Source of the DNA: a bacterium
GTDB taxonomy: Bacteria > Electryoneota > Electryoneia > Electryoneales > Electryoneaceae
Reading direction: 5' to 3'
DNA length: 64,000 nucleotides
Assembly (NCBI GenBank): GCA_963669175.1
Contig: OY769902.1
Coordinates: 384,001 to 448,000, forward strand
The first letter of the stretch is position 1. Each line of letters begins with the position of its first letter. This document shows positions 12,901 to 22,415 of this stretch, in pieces. The notes below the pieces were generated by a model. The model searched no databases and was not told the origin of the DNA. It was given only the letters and a program-made list of their open reading frames with translations. A program made the position numbers and the translations under genes.

Positions 12901-13070
12901 TTGAAAAGGCTGGCAATACGATTCCTGTAGTTTTCTCCAGCGGTTTTTCCAAAAAAGATGCTCTAAATGCCTTCAAAGACAGGCCTGTCTCCGGTTATAT
13001 TGCAAAACCCTATCGGGCATCCAAACTTACACGAGTGATCAGCGACATTCTCCGTCGTTATGATTCCTAG
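9972..13070 (+). CDS. Cytoplasmic multi-PAS hybrid sensor histidine kinase (about 5 PAS, HisKA, HATPase, REC)
   Basis: Repeated PAS/PAC units; H-box [13 protein letters not shown]-box QIVMNLIINA, G-boxes DTGHGM and [13 protein letters not shown]; C-terminal receiver VVDDE..LLDLVMP..KP; no TM segments. Confidence 0.93.
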   Translation: MVPKPKPEQSTSMEEQELFNQVFTRNPDAIVIVRRSDAVVLAVNPAFTALTGYEERELVGKTTIETGFWENMKSRKETMNSVITQGNLYYRTRKILCKDGSNIFIAYTTIALNYKNQDCYMSTIRNVNETVRLEQELRESEGMFRVLSEQSLLGISILQDDVFKYANQAFCDILGFTREEILNWKPGEYVKQLHDGDRDLAYERGRKKQAGHTDVIEHYSYRILKKDGTTRWVDQFSRTINFRGKSADLVTFVDITEIKKTEESLRRSETMYRLLAENSYDIIWTSDLRGKYTYISPSLPRVLGYQDLDEKSLTLKRILHPASFARARKATIQVYRGFTKARKMESRTFEVEAFHKNGNTIWIEVTITALMDDDGNLLGLRGSGRDIHEKKLAEIALKRSEERNRAMLQALPDLIFRIDRNGVYLDYHANVPSELAIFPSEFIGTRITDHEFSKAFSSELLAMIQESLDQQRVCTMDYQLKLDQTKYHYEARISPCGENDVILIIRNITSRTQAQELVKESEQRYRTLFERSPIGVLQIDVDGHILNANPKLIEILHSPSLEATRQINVLTYPPLVEAGLNTAVKRCLKTGESFVTEHEYTSKWGLTGYFRVHLAPVLNDRNLVIGAQLLVEDFTQSKIAEQERIALEKQVLETQNLESISVLAGGIAHDFNNLLAGIMGNADLAMMAIPKESKARDSIEKILASAERAAELTNQMLAYSGKGQFIIQSVNLTDIVEDIAQLVRVSISRKANLNLRLDHNLEAIRADATQLRQIVMNLIINASDALGDNIGNIFVETGMTQLTINELGDMLVSDEFNEGRFVFIRVADTGHGMSEDTLSKIFNPFFTTKFTGRGLGLSATLGIVRSHGGAIRVNSKINEGTEFLLYFPSSGTEKIHTTIASHGGLVTGSGTILVVDDEESVREFVREVLEMVGYDTILAENGSDALQKFQEHKHEIDLILLDLVMPKLSGEEVFKQLEKAGNTIPVVFSSGFSKKDALNAFKDRPVSGYIAKPYRASKLTRVISDILRRYDS

Positions 13071-13155
13071 CGGTCCATTGCACTCGATAGCGAGTCGATT
13101 TGGAACTTGTGTACGACATCATCGATTCTGAGATACCTCGAACAGGAGCGGCACG

Positions 13156-14088
13156 ATGACCGGTCAACCTCCATCTCCCGAGCCAACCCAGCCAGCTCCG
13201 GGTACCGCTGCGGGACGTCCCATGAAGATTGTCATTGTTGATGATTCCCGCACTCAACTGCAGATTGTTGAGAATACCCTTCAGAGTTTCGGAAATTATA
13301 AAGTGGTGCGCGCCCAGGACGGCGAAGAGGCGCTGAACCAGATTGACCGTAATACGGATATGATTCTGACTGACTGGAGTATGCCCACCATGGATGGGCT
13401 GCAACTTGTCAAAAAGATCCGTGAATCCTACTATCTCAAGAATATTCCTATCATTATGATTACCAGCAAGGGCGACTCAAAGAGTGTAATGGAAGCATTG
13501 TCGAACGGTGTTGATGACTTCATTGTCAAACCTCTACGCAAAGATGTCCTGGCGAAAAAAATCAATGTTTATCTGCTGAAGAACTCGGTAGAAAATGGGG
13601 AAGAAGAAAATAATACGTCCAGGGGCGGGAAAGACATGTCTAAACTGCCTCAAAAAAAACCTGTCATAAAAATGGGCGAACAACCCTCGAAACCAGACAT
13701 TTCAGGGGAAAAATCTGAAGACAGACCGCCCAGCAGGGTTTTAGAGATGCGCGAAAAAGCCGATAAAAAGAGAGAGCAGAATAAAGCTGAAGATTATAAA
13801 CACCAGAAACATGAAAAGAACCCGGCGCACATTCAGCTTGCAAAAGAAACGAATATAGAAAAATTCGGGCGCCTCGAATGTGAAGTTTGCAGTGAGAAGC
13901 TTGAAGACATCGAAGAGGGTGAAGGCAAATACGAAGTTCATTTTGATGCTCCACAAGCGGAGCAGATATCGGGCAAATTCTCACAGGACGCCCGGTTGCG
14001 TGTCGTATGTAACAACTGCCATAAGATCATTCACAGTCAACGCCCCTATCTTGAGGTGGACGAACTGCGAAAGATCATGAAACAATGA
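13156..14088 (+). CDS. CheY-like receiver fused via a charged linker to an McrA-like HNH/Zn-binding domain
   Basis: Receiver IVIVDDS..LTDWSMP..MITS..FIVKP; C-terminus HEKNP..FGRLECEVC..YEVHF..LRVVCNNCHKIIH..PYLEVDEL; RBS AGGAG. Confidence 0.82.
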   Translation: MTGQPPSPEPTQPAPGTAAGRPMKIVIVDDSRTQLQIVENTLQSFGNYKVVRAQDGEEALNQIDRNTDMILTDWSMPTMDGLQLVKKIRESYYLKNIPIIMITSKGDSKSVMEALSNGVDDFIVKPLRKDVLAKKINVYLLKNSVENGEEENNTSRGGKDMSKLPQKKPVIKMGEQPSKPDISGEKSEDRPPSRVLEMREKADKKREQNKAEDYKHQKHEKNPAHIQLAKETNIEKFGRLECEVCSEKLEDIEEGEGKYEVHFDAPQAEQISGKFSQDARLRVVCNNCHKIIHSQRPYLEVDELRKIMKQ

Positions 14089-14207
14089 AACCTGTGTAGA
14101 ACAGACCTTTGGGGTCGTCATGAGCTTTTACACCTATCCCGGCAAAGCATACTGCCGGGTTTTTCATCAGCGAGATAAACAGGAACAACAAAAACCTGAC
14201 TGAGGTC

Positions 14208-16784
14208 TTGATGAGGGTCGGTACAAAAATCGGGCTGGGGTTCAGCATTCTGACCGGGCTGTTGGTCATCAACTCGCTCGTTGGAATCCTGCAACTGAAA
14301 AGCAGTGTGCACGGTTTCACCATCGACCAGGCTCAACGAATTGAATATATCAAGACCGCAGAAAAGCTGACCCTGCACCTGTTATTGGCGCAGCGATGTG
14401 AACAGGATTGTATTTCGCTGATGGACACAACTCTTGCAGACTCGACCATCAACCACATTGAAAAATCTCATCATCTGGCCGATAGACTTGTAACGACAAG
14501 CTCAGATTCAACGATCATTTCACTCATCAGTGAACTGAAACATAGCCTGGATTCCTATGCGGCAACATTTGATTCTCTGTTACAAGTCCTGAATCACCAA
14601 AAAGACTCTGATAATATCAACCTGGTAAACACCCGGAGAAGTCGCCTTCGCCACAATGCAGATCAAGCGCTTGATCTGGCAATCAGGATTGTAAAAACCT
14701 GTGAAGATGCCACCCTTGACAACAACGAGAAGCTCGCGGGGTCAGCGAACAAGGCTGTACTGGTTCTGGCTGTACTCGGAATACTGGCTGTTATTGGATC
14801 CATTATCATCTCCATTGCCATCATCAAGAACATTCGACACCCTTTGCAGATAATTGTCGAGGGGGCAATGAATATCGCCAGCGGAGACCTTTCCACACCT
14901 GTCGAATTGCACCGCAATGATGAAATCGGTCAACTTGGCGAAGCCTTCCGTACCATGCAGCAAACGCTACAGCACCGGGTAGACATTGCGGACCGGATAG
15001 CCCACGGGCAGATTGATGTTGATATAAAAATCAACTCGGACAAAGATCGACTCGGCATGGTAATGACTACCCTGCGGGATAGGCTGAAAGTAATCGTTGA
15101 CGCTGTCCGGATAATGGGGACTGAACAGGCTGAAGGTGATTCGGACGCCATGGTTGATACCGACCAGTTCGAAGGTGTCTTCCGGGAAATGGCCGTTGAA
15201 ACCAATAACGCGGTCAGAATTCATGTCGAGAATATCAGGACTATTCTGTCGTTGCTGAGTGAGTATTCACGTGGTGATCTCCGGAAGGAGTTACCCTCCC
15301 TGCCGGGAAAACAGGCGGGTGCGAACCATGCCATGCATGAATTGCGTAACAACCTGATCCAGATTGTTGCAGCCGTAAAATCTCTCGCCGCTCGCGCTAT
15401 CGACGGACAACTATCTTCACGTGCGGACACTGAACAATTCCAGGGCGTATTCCGTGAAATGGTTGATGGCATTAATAGAACCCTGGACGAAATATCCAAG
15501 CCGATTCTTGAAGCAGCGTATGTACTGGGCGCCATGGCTGAAGGCGACCTGTCCCAACGTGTGTCCGGCGATTATAAAGGCGACCACGCCCTGATCAAGG
15601 ATGCGGTGAACCAAACGGCCAGCTCTATCCAGCGCCTGTCCACAGATACCAACATGCTGGTTCAGACCGCTCTCGCCGGGGATTTGTCCAACCGTGCGGA
15701 TGAACATACTCACGAAGGCGATTTCCGGATGATCGTTGAGGGGATTAACCAGTCCCTCGATGCTTTCCTGCAACCCATTTCAGCGGTTATTCAAGTTCTC
15801 TCGATTGTGGCCCAGGGTGACCTGACGCCATCCGTCCAGGGGGAATACAAGGGTGACCTGGCCATCTTACAAAGCAGTTTGAACCAGACATTACAATCGC
15901 TGAACGAGTTGTTGGCGCGTGTCGCTTATATCGCGGAGCAGGTCAACGCAGGTTCGGGGCATTTGACCGATATGAGCCAGAACCTGTCTGAAGGCGCTGT
16001 GCAGCAGGCGGCTTCTCTCGAACAGATTGCATCAACCATGCAGCAGATCGGTCTACAGGCGCGGCAGAGCATGGAAAATGCCATGAAGACCGATCAATTT
16101 GCTGATGCTGCCCGGAGTAGCGCTGTCAAAGGCAATCACCAGATGGAGCGTGTCGAGCAGGCGATGACGGAGATACGTTCCTCATCCAGTGACATCTCCA
16201 AGGTGATCAAGGTGATTGACGAAATCGCATCCCAGATCAACCTGCTTGCTTTGAATGCTGCTGTGGAAGCGGCACGTGCCGGGGAGGCCGGGGAAGGCTT
16301 CGCGGTTGTTGCAGATGAAGTGTACGACCTGGCGCAGCGTAGTGCGGATGCCGTGCGGGAAACCACAGAATTGATTGAAAACTCGATTGAACGTGTTGAA
16401 GAAGGCACGATTATCGTAACCGATACGGCAAAATCATTTGAAGAGATTGTCCGCCGTGCAACCGATGTTTCCACCCTGATAACCCAGATCGCAATCGCTT
16501 CAAAAGAACAGTCGCGTGGTATTGAACAAATCAGTTCAGCCTTGTTGAACGTGGAACGGATTACACAATCCAACGCGGCAAACTCACAGGAAACCGCTTC
16601 AGCAGCGGAACAACTTGAAAACATGGCCAGCAGGCTTCATGAAATGCTGGAGAAATTCCAGCTCACCATCAGTTCCGAACAGGTAAGCCAGGAAATAGAC
16701 ATCCCCGAACTGGAAGCAATAGCCGGTTTTGACAAACCTGTTTCCGGCGATCAGGAACAAACCAAAGATGATCAGGCCTTCTGA
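14208..16784 (+). CDS. Methyl-accepting chemotaxis protein, periplasmic helical sensor plus poly-HAMP
   Basis: Two TM helices, HAMP ([11 protein letters not shown]), repeated GDL/GxY(F)xG HAMP units, signalling domain [36 protein letters not shown]. Confidence 0.94.
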   Translation: MMRVGTKIGLGFSILTGLLVINSLVGILQLKSSVHGFTIDQAQRIEYIKTAEKLTLHLLLAQRCEQDCISLMDTTLADSTINHIEKSHHLADRLVTTSSDSTIISLISELKHSLDSYAATFDSLLQVLNHQKDSDNINLVNTRRSRLRHNADQALDLAIRIVKTCEDATLDNNEKLAGSANKAVLVLAVLGILAVIGSIIISIAIIKNIRHPLQIIVEGAMNIASGDLSTPVELHRNDEIGQLGEAFRTMQQTLQHRVDIADRIAHGQIDVDIKINSDKDRLGMVMTTLRDRLKVIVDAVRIMGTEQAEGDSDAMVDTDQFEGVFREMAVETNNAVRIHVENIRTILSLLSEYSRGDLRKELPSLPGKQAGANHAMHELRNNLIQIVAAVKSLAARAIDGQLSSRADTEQFQGVFREMVDGINRTLDEISKPILEAAYVLGAMAEGDLSQRVSGDYKGDHALIKDAVNQTASSIQRLSTDTNMLVQTALAGDLSNRADEHTHEGDFRMIVEGINQSLDAFLQPISAVIQVLSIVAQGDLTPSVQGEYKGDLAILQSSLNQTLQSLNELLARVAYIAEQVNAGSGHLTDMSQNLSEGAVQQAASLEQIASTMQQIGLQARQSMENAMKTDQFADAARSSAVKGNHQMERVEQAMTEIRSSSSDISKVIKVIDEIASQINLLALNAAVEAARAGEAGEGFAVVADEVYDLAQRSADAVRETTELIENSIERVEEGTIIVTDTAKSFEEIVRRATDVSTLITQIAIASKEQSRGIEQISSALLNVERITQSNAANSQETASAAEQLENMASRLHEMLEKFQLTISSEQVSQEIDIPELEAIAGFDKPVSGDQEQTKDDQAF

Positions 16785-19063
16785 TGAGTGAACGGGATCG
16801 AAAAGAAGAACAGATACGACTTATCCACAACTACGTACAGGAAAGTACAGAGTTGCTGGAAGAGGCCGGTCCTCTTTTAATCGAACTCGAACAGACCGCC
16901 GATACTTCCGGAGAACCGGACCAGGCCCTGCTTGGAAAAATCTTTCGCCTGTTCCACACCATGAAAGGTGGAGCTGGTTACCTGGACCTGCGCCATATCG
17001 TCCGCCTGACTCATGCCGGTGAAACTCTGCTGGATAAGCTGCGGGATGGGCAGTTGACAATAGATCCGGATATGATTGATATCCTGAATCTTGCCCTTGA
17101 TCTGCTGGCGCAGGCATTAACCACTATTGACCAATCTCTCAATGACCAGCCTTTGGCTGAACATCTCGACTCCCTCACCAGGACCATTTTACTGTCGGCT
17201 GGCGAATCCGCAGATTTCAGCAAAGCGGACGCAATCCTCGAAGAAGAAGAGCCGGAATTCACCGTAGACGAAGAACAATCTGAGGAATTCGCGCAGCAGG
17301 CATGTGATATCCTGAATGAAGTGCAGGCGGAAATCGAACATGTACGGCTGCACCCGGACTCATTCATCGAAGACCTGAATATTGCCTTGAGACGCATTCA
17401 TACGCTGGCAGTGACTTCAACCATGTTCCAGTTCCATGACATCGGGCTGGTCAGCGGGGTGATGCGAGATATTCTTACAGATGCCATAGCAAAACACACT
17501 TTGCCAACCCCTGAATTGTCCGGACTTCTGCTGGGGAATATCGGCTTCCTGCGCAAAGCGCTTCAAGCATTAAGATCCGGCCAGGAACCAAAGGTACAGG
17601 GCATTCGTGGACTGGTCACCCTCCTGGTAAACGCAGCGACAAAAGAGGGCTTTGAAATCGAGATGCCCGATTTCACTCCCCCTCAAGCTGTGCCTCAACC
17701 CCAATGCGATGACAAGCCGGATGAACCTTTCGCGGCAGAGGAGATCCCATCGGACCGTGCCAGCCTGAAAGACCAACTGGAAGAGCAACGACAGAATCTC
17801 GAGGCGATCAAACGTGAGATCGGGACCAAAGACGATCCCCAGGATACAACCGTACGGATCAGCGTCAGCAAACTTGAAGAAATGATGGACCTGGTTGAAG
17901 AAATGGTTATCACGGAAGCCATGTTGAATGAAAATCCATATGTCCGTGGCGATGAAACGTCCATACATCATTTCCGGAAGACACTGCGTCATCTGGAGAA
18001 GTTGACTCACAGCCTTCAGGACACTGCAACTTCATTACGTATGGTTCCCCTGAAGGACACCTTCCGTGAAATGTTGCGCCTGGTCCGTGACACCTCACGA
18101 AAAACCGGAAAGAAGACTGAATTAAAGCTTGTCGGTGAACGCACGGAGATCGACAAAGGACTGATCGGTGTCATCCGTGATCCCTTGATTCACCTGTTGC
18201 GAAACGCGATTGATCACGGCCTGGAACCGGCAGAAGAGAGGGCAGCCAAGGGGAAATCGGAAATTGGACATATCACCCTGGAAGCCCAGCATGTCAGCAG
18301 TGATGTCGTCATCCGTGTCAGTGACGATGGACATGGATTGAACCGGGCCAAAATCCTGGCGAAAGCACGAGAAAACGGATTGATCACGGGAACCGGAGCA
18401 GAATTAAGCGATATCGATGTCTGGAAATTGATCATGACCCCGGGATTTTCGACAGCGGATAACATTTCGGAATACTCCGGACGTGGGGTCGGGCTGGATG
18501 TGGTGAAGAAGAAAATTGAAGACGTTCGCGGACGTATCGAAATCTACTCCAAACCGGACAGGGGAACTTCGTTCATCATCCGCGTACCCCTGACTCTGGC
18601 CTTGTTGAAAGGCATCGTGGTCATGGTTGGCGAACAACGCTTCATCATTCCTTTTGTCGGTATTCGCCAGACCCTGAAAGTTCGTGAACAGCAAATCACG
18701 ACCAGTGTCGATGGCCTGAAACTGCTGAGAGTCCGTGAGCAGTTTGTCCCGTTGATGCGACTTAATGACATCCTGCATCTGGAAAGTACGCGCGTTCCGC
18801 TTGAAGCCGGCTATGTCGTTATCATCGAAGACCGGCAAAAACGCTTAGGGTTGTTCGTAGACCGTATAACCGGAAAATTGCAGCTTGTCGTGAAAGGATT
18901 GTCACGTTATCTCGGCGACAGTGTATACCTGGCAGGCACTACCATCATGGGTGATGGAGATGTCTGCCCGATTCTGAATGTCCCGGGCATCATCAACAAG
19001 TATATGCCGGAACAGGGTTCGTTGCATGAAGATCCCGCTGACACTGTACCAGCGGAACGCTGA
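16784..19063 (+). CDS. cheA: Chemotaxis histidine kinase CheA with a second, divergent Hpt domain
   Basis: Hpt IFRLFHTMKGGAG, second Hpt-like RRIHTLAV, DPLIHLLRNAIDHGLE, DDGHGL, PGFSTA..SGRGVGLDVV, C-terminal CheW domain. Confidence 0.95.
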   Translation: MSERDRKEEQIRLIHNYVQESTELLEEAGPLLIELEQTADTSGEPDQALLGKIFRLFHTMKGGAGYLDLRHIVRLTHAGETLLDKLRDGQLTIDPDMIDILNLALDLLAQALTTIDQSLNDQPLAEHLDSLTRTILLSAGESADFSKADAILEEEEPEFTVDEEQSEEFAQQACDILNEVQAEIEHVRLHPDSFIEDLNIALRRIHTLAVTSTMFQFHDIGLVSGVMRDILTDAIAKHTLPTPELSGLLLGNIGFLRKALQALRSGQEPKVQGIRGLVTLLVNAATKEGFEIEMPDFTPPQAVPQPQCDDKPDEPFAAEEIPSDRASLKDQLEEQRQNLEAIKREIGTKDDPQDTTVRISVSKLEEMMDLVEEMVITEAMLNENPYVRGDETSIHHFRKTLRHLEKLTHSLQDTATSLRMVPLKDTFREMLRLVRDTSRKTGKKTELKLVGERTEIDKGLIGVIRDPLIHLLRNAIDHGLEPAEERAAKGKSEIGHITLEAQHVSSDVVIRVSDDGHGLNRAKILAKARENGLITGTGAELSDIDVWKLIMTPGFSTADNISEYSGRGVGLDVVKKKIEDVRGRIEIYSKPDRGTSFIIRVPLTLALLKGIVVMVGEQRFIIPFVGIRQTLKVREQQITTSVDGLKLLRVREQFVPLMRLNDILHLESTRVPLEAGYVVIIEDRQKRLGLFVDRITGKLQLVVKGLSRYLGDSVYLAGTTIMGDGDVCPILNVPGIINKYMPEQGSLHEDPADTVPAER

Positions 19064-19147
19064 TCCAGGGAAGATGTGTGAAAGAGATAACCGCTTGCTG
19101 TCGGAATATCTTTTTTTCCGGACTGAATAGGTAGAAAAGGGATATGA

Positions 19148-19333
19148 AAAAGGGGACTGCCTCTTTTCCCCGGGGCAAAGCATTCCCGCTGTAAACATGT
19201 ATCGGGAATGGTGGCTGTACCCTTTTTCTTGAGAGAAGGCAGGAATTACACGGAAAAGGGGACAGTTTCCTTTTCCACCGGTTCGGCAAGAATGTTCCGT
19301 ATGAGCGCAAGGAAAAGGATCCCGTCCCCTTTT
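19148..19333. repeat. Two REPIN-like doublets of inverted ~21-bp AAAAGGGGACAGTNNCCTTTT units
   Basis: Units at 19148-19167, 19206-19226 (inverted), 19254-19274, 19313-19333 (inverted); same family at 34810-35029. Confidence 0.85.
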
Positions 19334-19535
19334 CCCCACAGCCTTATTTTGACGGAACTGATTCGAAGAAGCGATAATTCACGAATCGTGCTTCAATGAG
19401 GTGATAACATAGTGAAGTAGTCTGGCAATGGCTTGTTTACAGGCTGATGGATTGTTGCAAATTGATCGATTGTATGCAAACTGATGGATTTTGTGCAAGC
19501 TCATTGTTGGAGCTCATTGTTGGAGAATAAAACAT

Positions 19536-19647
19536 AGAACCACGGCAGTGGTTCCCTGAATTAGCCCACCGTCCAGCGCCGTCTGTTTGGCGCTCACGGT
19601 GGGAGAAGGATGTACGATTTATTACAACCCCGGCAGCGGGTTGTCTA
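19536..19647. mobile_element. Solo end of a multi-hairpin palindromic element (PATE/IS200-IS605-end-like)
   Basis: 19536-19604 is identical over 69 bp to 26348-26416; hairpins GAACCA-CGGCAG-TGGTTC, CCCACCGT..ACGGTGGG and CAACCC-CGGCAG-CGGGTTG. Confidence 0.65.
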
Positions 19648-19880
19648 TAGTGGGTTTCGAAAACAATGTCATATTCTGTCATCCCCAGCGCAGGCGGGGA
19701 TCTACTCCGTCGGCCGCTCTTGTGAAGGGGAAAATCGCAAATCCTTCATAATGCCGTTAATATAGATAATGAGACATTATTCTCGAGACAACAATATGGC
19801 TAAGTATAGATACCCATATTAACATTTGACTTTGATGCAGTACCGTAAGACACAAGATTGACAAAACGCAGGGAGTATAT

Positions 19881-22415
19881 ATGACGAAGTCAGTTAAAAC
19901 CAGGATATGGCTGTTGTTTGCCGTAGTCGGCCTGCTGGCATTGCTGCAGGCGCCCCTGCATGTTGCAGGCTGGCTGACTGATGGCCCAACGGCAGCAAAT
20001 CCACCAGACGATAGCAATATCAAACCTTTGGTGGAAGAAATCTACCAATCCCTGCAACAGGTAAAAACCGAACTTGACGCTGCACAAAACATTGCCGCAC
20101 AGGAAGACAACACAGCTCCAAACGCAGAATCTTTTAACAATCTGATCACTGTTTTACAAACAACTTTGCCCAAACTGGAAAAAACCGCCAACCCGGAACA
20201 GGAAGCACAAAGCTCCGTTGCTTCACTGCTTGATTCGCTATCCCTTTACGGAACTCAGCTCATTGAAACAGGACCAACAGGCGAAGAAACACCACGTGCA
20301 TACACATACCTGGAAGAAGTAGACGGTCTGTATATCAATTCAATCAACACCATCCGGAACAGACAATCAAACGGAACAACAGCAGGGGTAAATCTCGGCA
20401 TCCTCTTCATGGTACTTGGTGTATTGGTATCACTTCTAACTGTGGCGCTGAGTGTTGTCTTCGCGTTCATTTTAAGCAATAACCTCTACCGTCCCCTGGC
20501 GCGTCTGAAAGAATTTGTTGAGGAGCTGAGCGAAGGCAAACGTGATACGGCGCCAGAAATCGACCGTAATGATGAGCTTGGCGCCCTGGCGGATGAACTC
20601 GATGATCTCCGCTCAAAAATGGCTTCTTGGGAGAAAGCAGTTCGAAAGGAATTGCAGCGTCATGAAGCGCTGGCCAACGAGATGACCAGGGTCGCCAACC
20701 AGGTGCTTGACGGCATTCTTTCCGACCGCATTGATTTTGAGGGTATCAACGGTGTGTATGCGGAGATGGCCAATACGTGGAACAGTGCGCTTGGCATGGT
20801 CCAGCTACCGTTGCAGGTATCCATTGACTTCCTCGACAGTCTTGCCCAGGGACAGTATCCCACACCGATTGAGGATGAATTCCCGGGTGAGTTTGATTCG
20901 CTGAAAGAAGTTGCCCTGCGCCTCGATCATGTGTTCAGAGAATATTTCCAGTATACGACTGCAGTCGTTGAAGCTGCCGGCAGAGGTGAGCTGAGAAACA
21001 CTGATGAACTCCCTGAATTCCATGGGGTGTATGGCGAAACGGCAGAAACTATTGTAAAGGTTTTCAACGACCACAGTCAAAAAATCGAATTGATTACCGG
21101 GCAATTGGAAAAGCTGGGTTCAGGTGTCATGCCACGCGAGTTGGCAGAAGAATGTCCCGGTGAATGGGCAAGCCTGAAACAGGCCATGCAGCAGTGTATT
21201 TTCATTATTGATGCCATGGTGGGAGAAACGATTGTACTGGTACACCAGGTCGTAGATGGCAATCTTGAAATCAGGGCTGATACCGAGCGTTTTCAGGGTG
21301 ACTATCGGAATATCCTGGATGGATTGAACCGGATACTTGACAGCTTTTCCACCCCGCACCGTGAATTGAGTGAAGTCCTTGAATCCATGTCCAAGGGCAA
21401 TCTCACCACCATGATGACCGGCGATTACAAGGGTGACCATGCCCTGATCGCGAATACCATGAACCGTACGCTGAAATTCAGCAGAAGAATACTGAACCAG
21501 ATTGGCGCTGCTTCGGGGCAAATCTCTTCTACAGCGACTCAGCTTGCCGGCACCAGCCAGCTACTTTCCCAGGGGGCAACAAACCAGGCCAGTTCCTTGC
21601 AGGAAGTGTCTGTCACTCTTGCGGAAGTGTCGCAGCAGACAAAGAAGAACTCGGACAATGCAGTTCAGGCCAGGTCGCTTGTCGAAGAAACCAGTCAGAA
21701 CGCTGACCGTGGCAACGAACACATGCGTAAAATGATGCAATCCATGAGCGAGATTTCAAAGGCCGCGCGTTCTATTTCAAAGATTATCCGCGTCATTGAC
21801 GAAATTGCTTTCCAGACCAACCTGCTTGCCTTGAACGCCGCTGTTGAAGCGGCACATGCGGGAAAACACGGGAAAGGGTTTGCCGTCGTTGCTGATGAAG
21901 TCCGCAACCTGGCACAACGTAGCGCGGACGCCGCCAAGGAAACGGCTGCCATGATCGAAAACACCATTCGCAGTGTGCAGAGTGGCACCCTGGTAGCCAC
22001 CCAGACAGCCGAAGTGTTGAACCAGATTGTGGATAAGGTCACATCGGTAAATGAGAGAATTGCGGATATCACACTGGCATCTCAGGGACAGGCAGCCAGC
22101 ATCGACCAGGTAAAGGAAACCCTGTATTCCATTGAAGGTGTCACCCAGGGCAATGTAGAAAGCGCCCAGATTGCGGCCGCATCTTCAGAAGAATTATCAG
22201 GACAGGCTTTGGAACTGGAAAACACGTTCAGAATATTCCGGCTGGATAAGACAGAAGTAAAAAGCCCGAAATCAGGCGAAGTGAAAAAGGTAGAAAAGCC
22301 GATAAAAAAACCTGTTACCGAGGATTATTACCCTGTTATTAACGATTTTGCAGACGATTCTTCACTCCCGAAACAGCCGGATATTCCCCCGGATCTGGAT
22401 ATGGGAACATTTTAA
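19881..22415 (+). CDS. Methyl-accepting chemotaxis protein 2 (poly-HAMP)
   Basis: Two hydrophobic segments, [12 protein letters not shown], signalling domain [44 protein letters not shown]-terminal DMGTF tail; RBS GGGAG. Confidence 0.94.
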   Translation: MTKSVKTRIWLLFAVVGLLALLQAPLHVAGWLTDGPTAANPPDDSNIKPLVEEIYQSLQQVKTELDAAQNIAAQEDNTAPNAESFNNLITVLQTTLPKLEKTANPEQEAQSSVASLLDSLSLYGTQLIETGPTGEETPRAYTYLEEVDGLYINSINTIRNRQSNGTTAGVNLGILFMVLGVLVSLLTVALSVVFAFILSNNLYRPLARLKEFVEELSEGKRDTAPEIDRNDELGALADELDDLRSKMASWEKAVRKELQRHEALANEMTRVANQVLDGILSDRIDFEGINGVYAEMANTWNSALGMVQLPLQVSIDFLDSLAQGQYPTPIEDEFPGEFDSLKEVALRLDHVFREYFQYTTAVVEAAGRGELRNTDELPEFHGVYGETAETIVKVFNDHSQKIELITGQLEKLGSGVMPRELAEECPGEWASLKQAMQQCIFIIDAMVGETIVLVHQVVDGNLEIRADTERFQGDYRNILDGLNRILDSFSTPHRELSEVLESMSKGNLTTMMTGDYKGDHALIANTMNRTLKFSRRILNQIGAASGQISSTATQLAGTSQLLSQGATNQASSLQEVSVTLAEVSQQTKKNSDNAVQARSLVEETSQNADRGNEHMRKMMQSMSEISKAARSISKIIRVIDEIAFQTNLLALNAAVEAAHAGKHGKGFAVVADEVRNLAQRSADAAKETAAMIENTIRSVQSGTLVATQTAEVLNQIVDKVTSVNERIADITLASQGQAASIDQVKETLYSIEGVTQGNVESAQIAAASSEELSGQALELENTFRIFRLDKTEVKSPKSGEVKKVEKPIKKPVTEDYYPVINDFADDSSLPKQPDIPPDLDMGTF

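Noticed and set aside
14008-14022. CNNCH as a heme c attachment site
   Set aside because: The protein is cytoplasmic with no signal peptide, and the motif pairs with upstream CEVC as in HNH Zn fingers.
19148-19333. Possible CRISPR array (21-bp repeats with ~38-bp spacers; also 34810-35029)
   Set aside because: Repeats alternate in orientation, are degenerate, number only four per locus, and no cas genes are present; REP doublets fit better.
18902-19399. Small ORFs over the cheA downstream spacer
   Set aside because: They translate REP-like repeats (KGTVSF-type peptides recur at 34908-35093) and show no coding signal.
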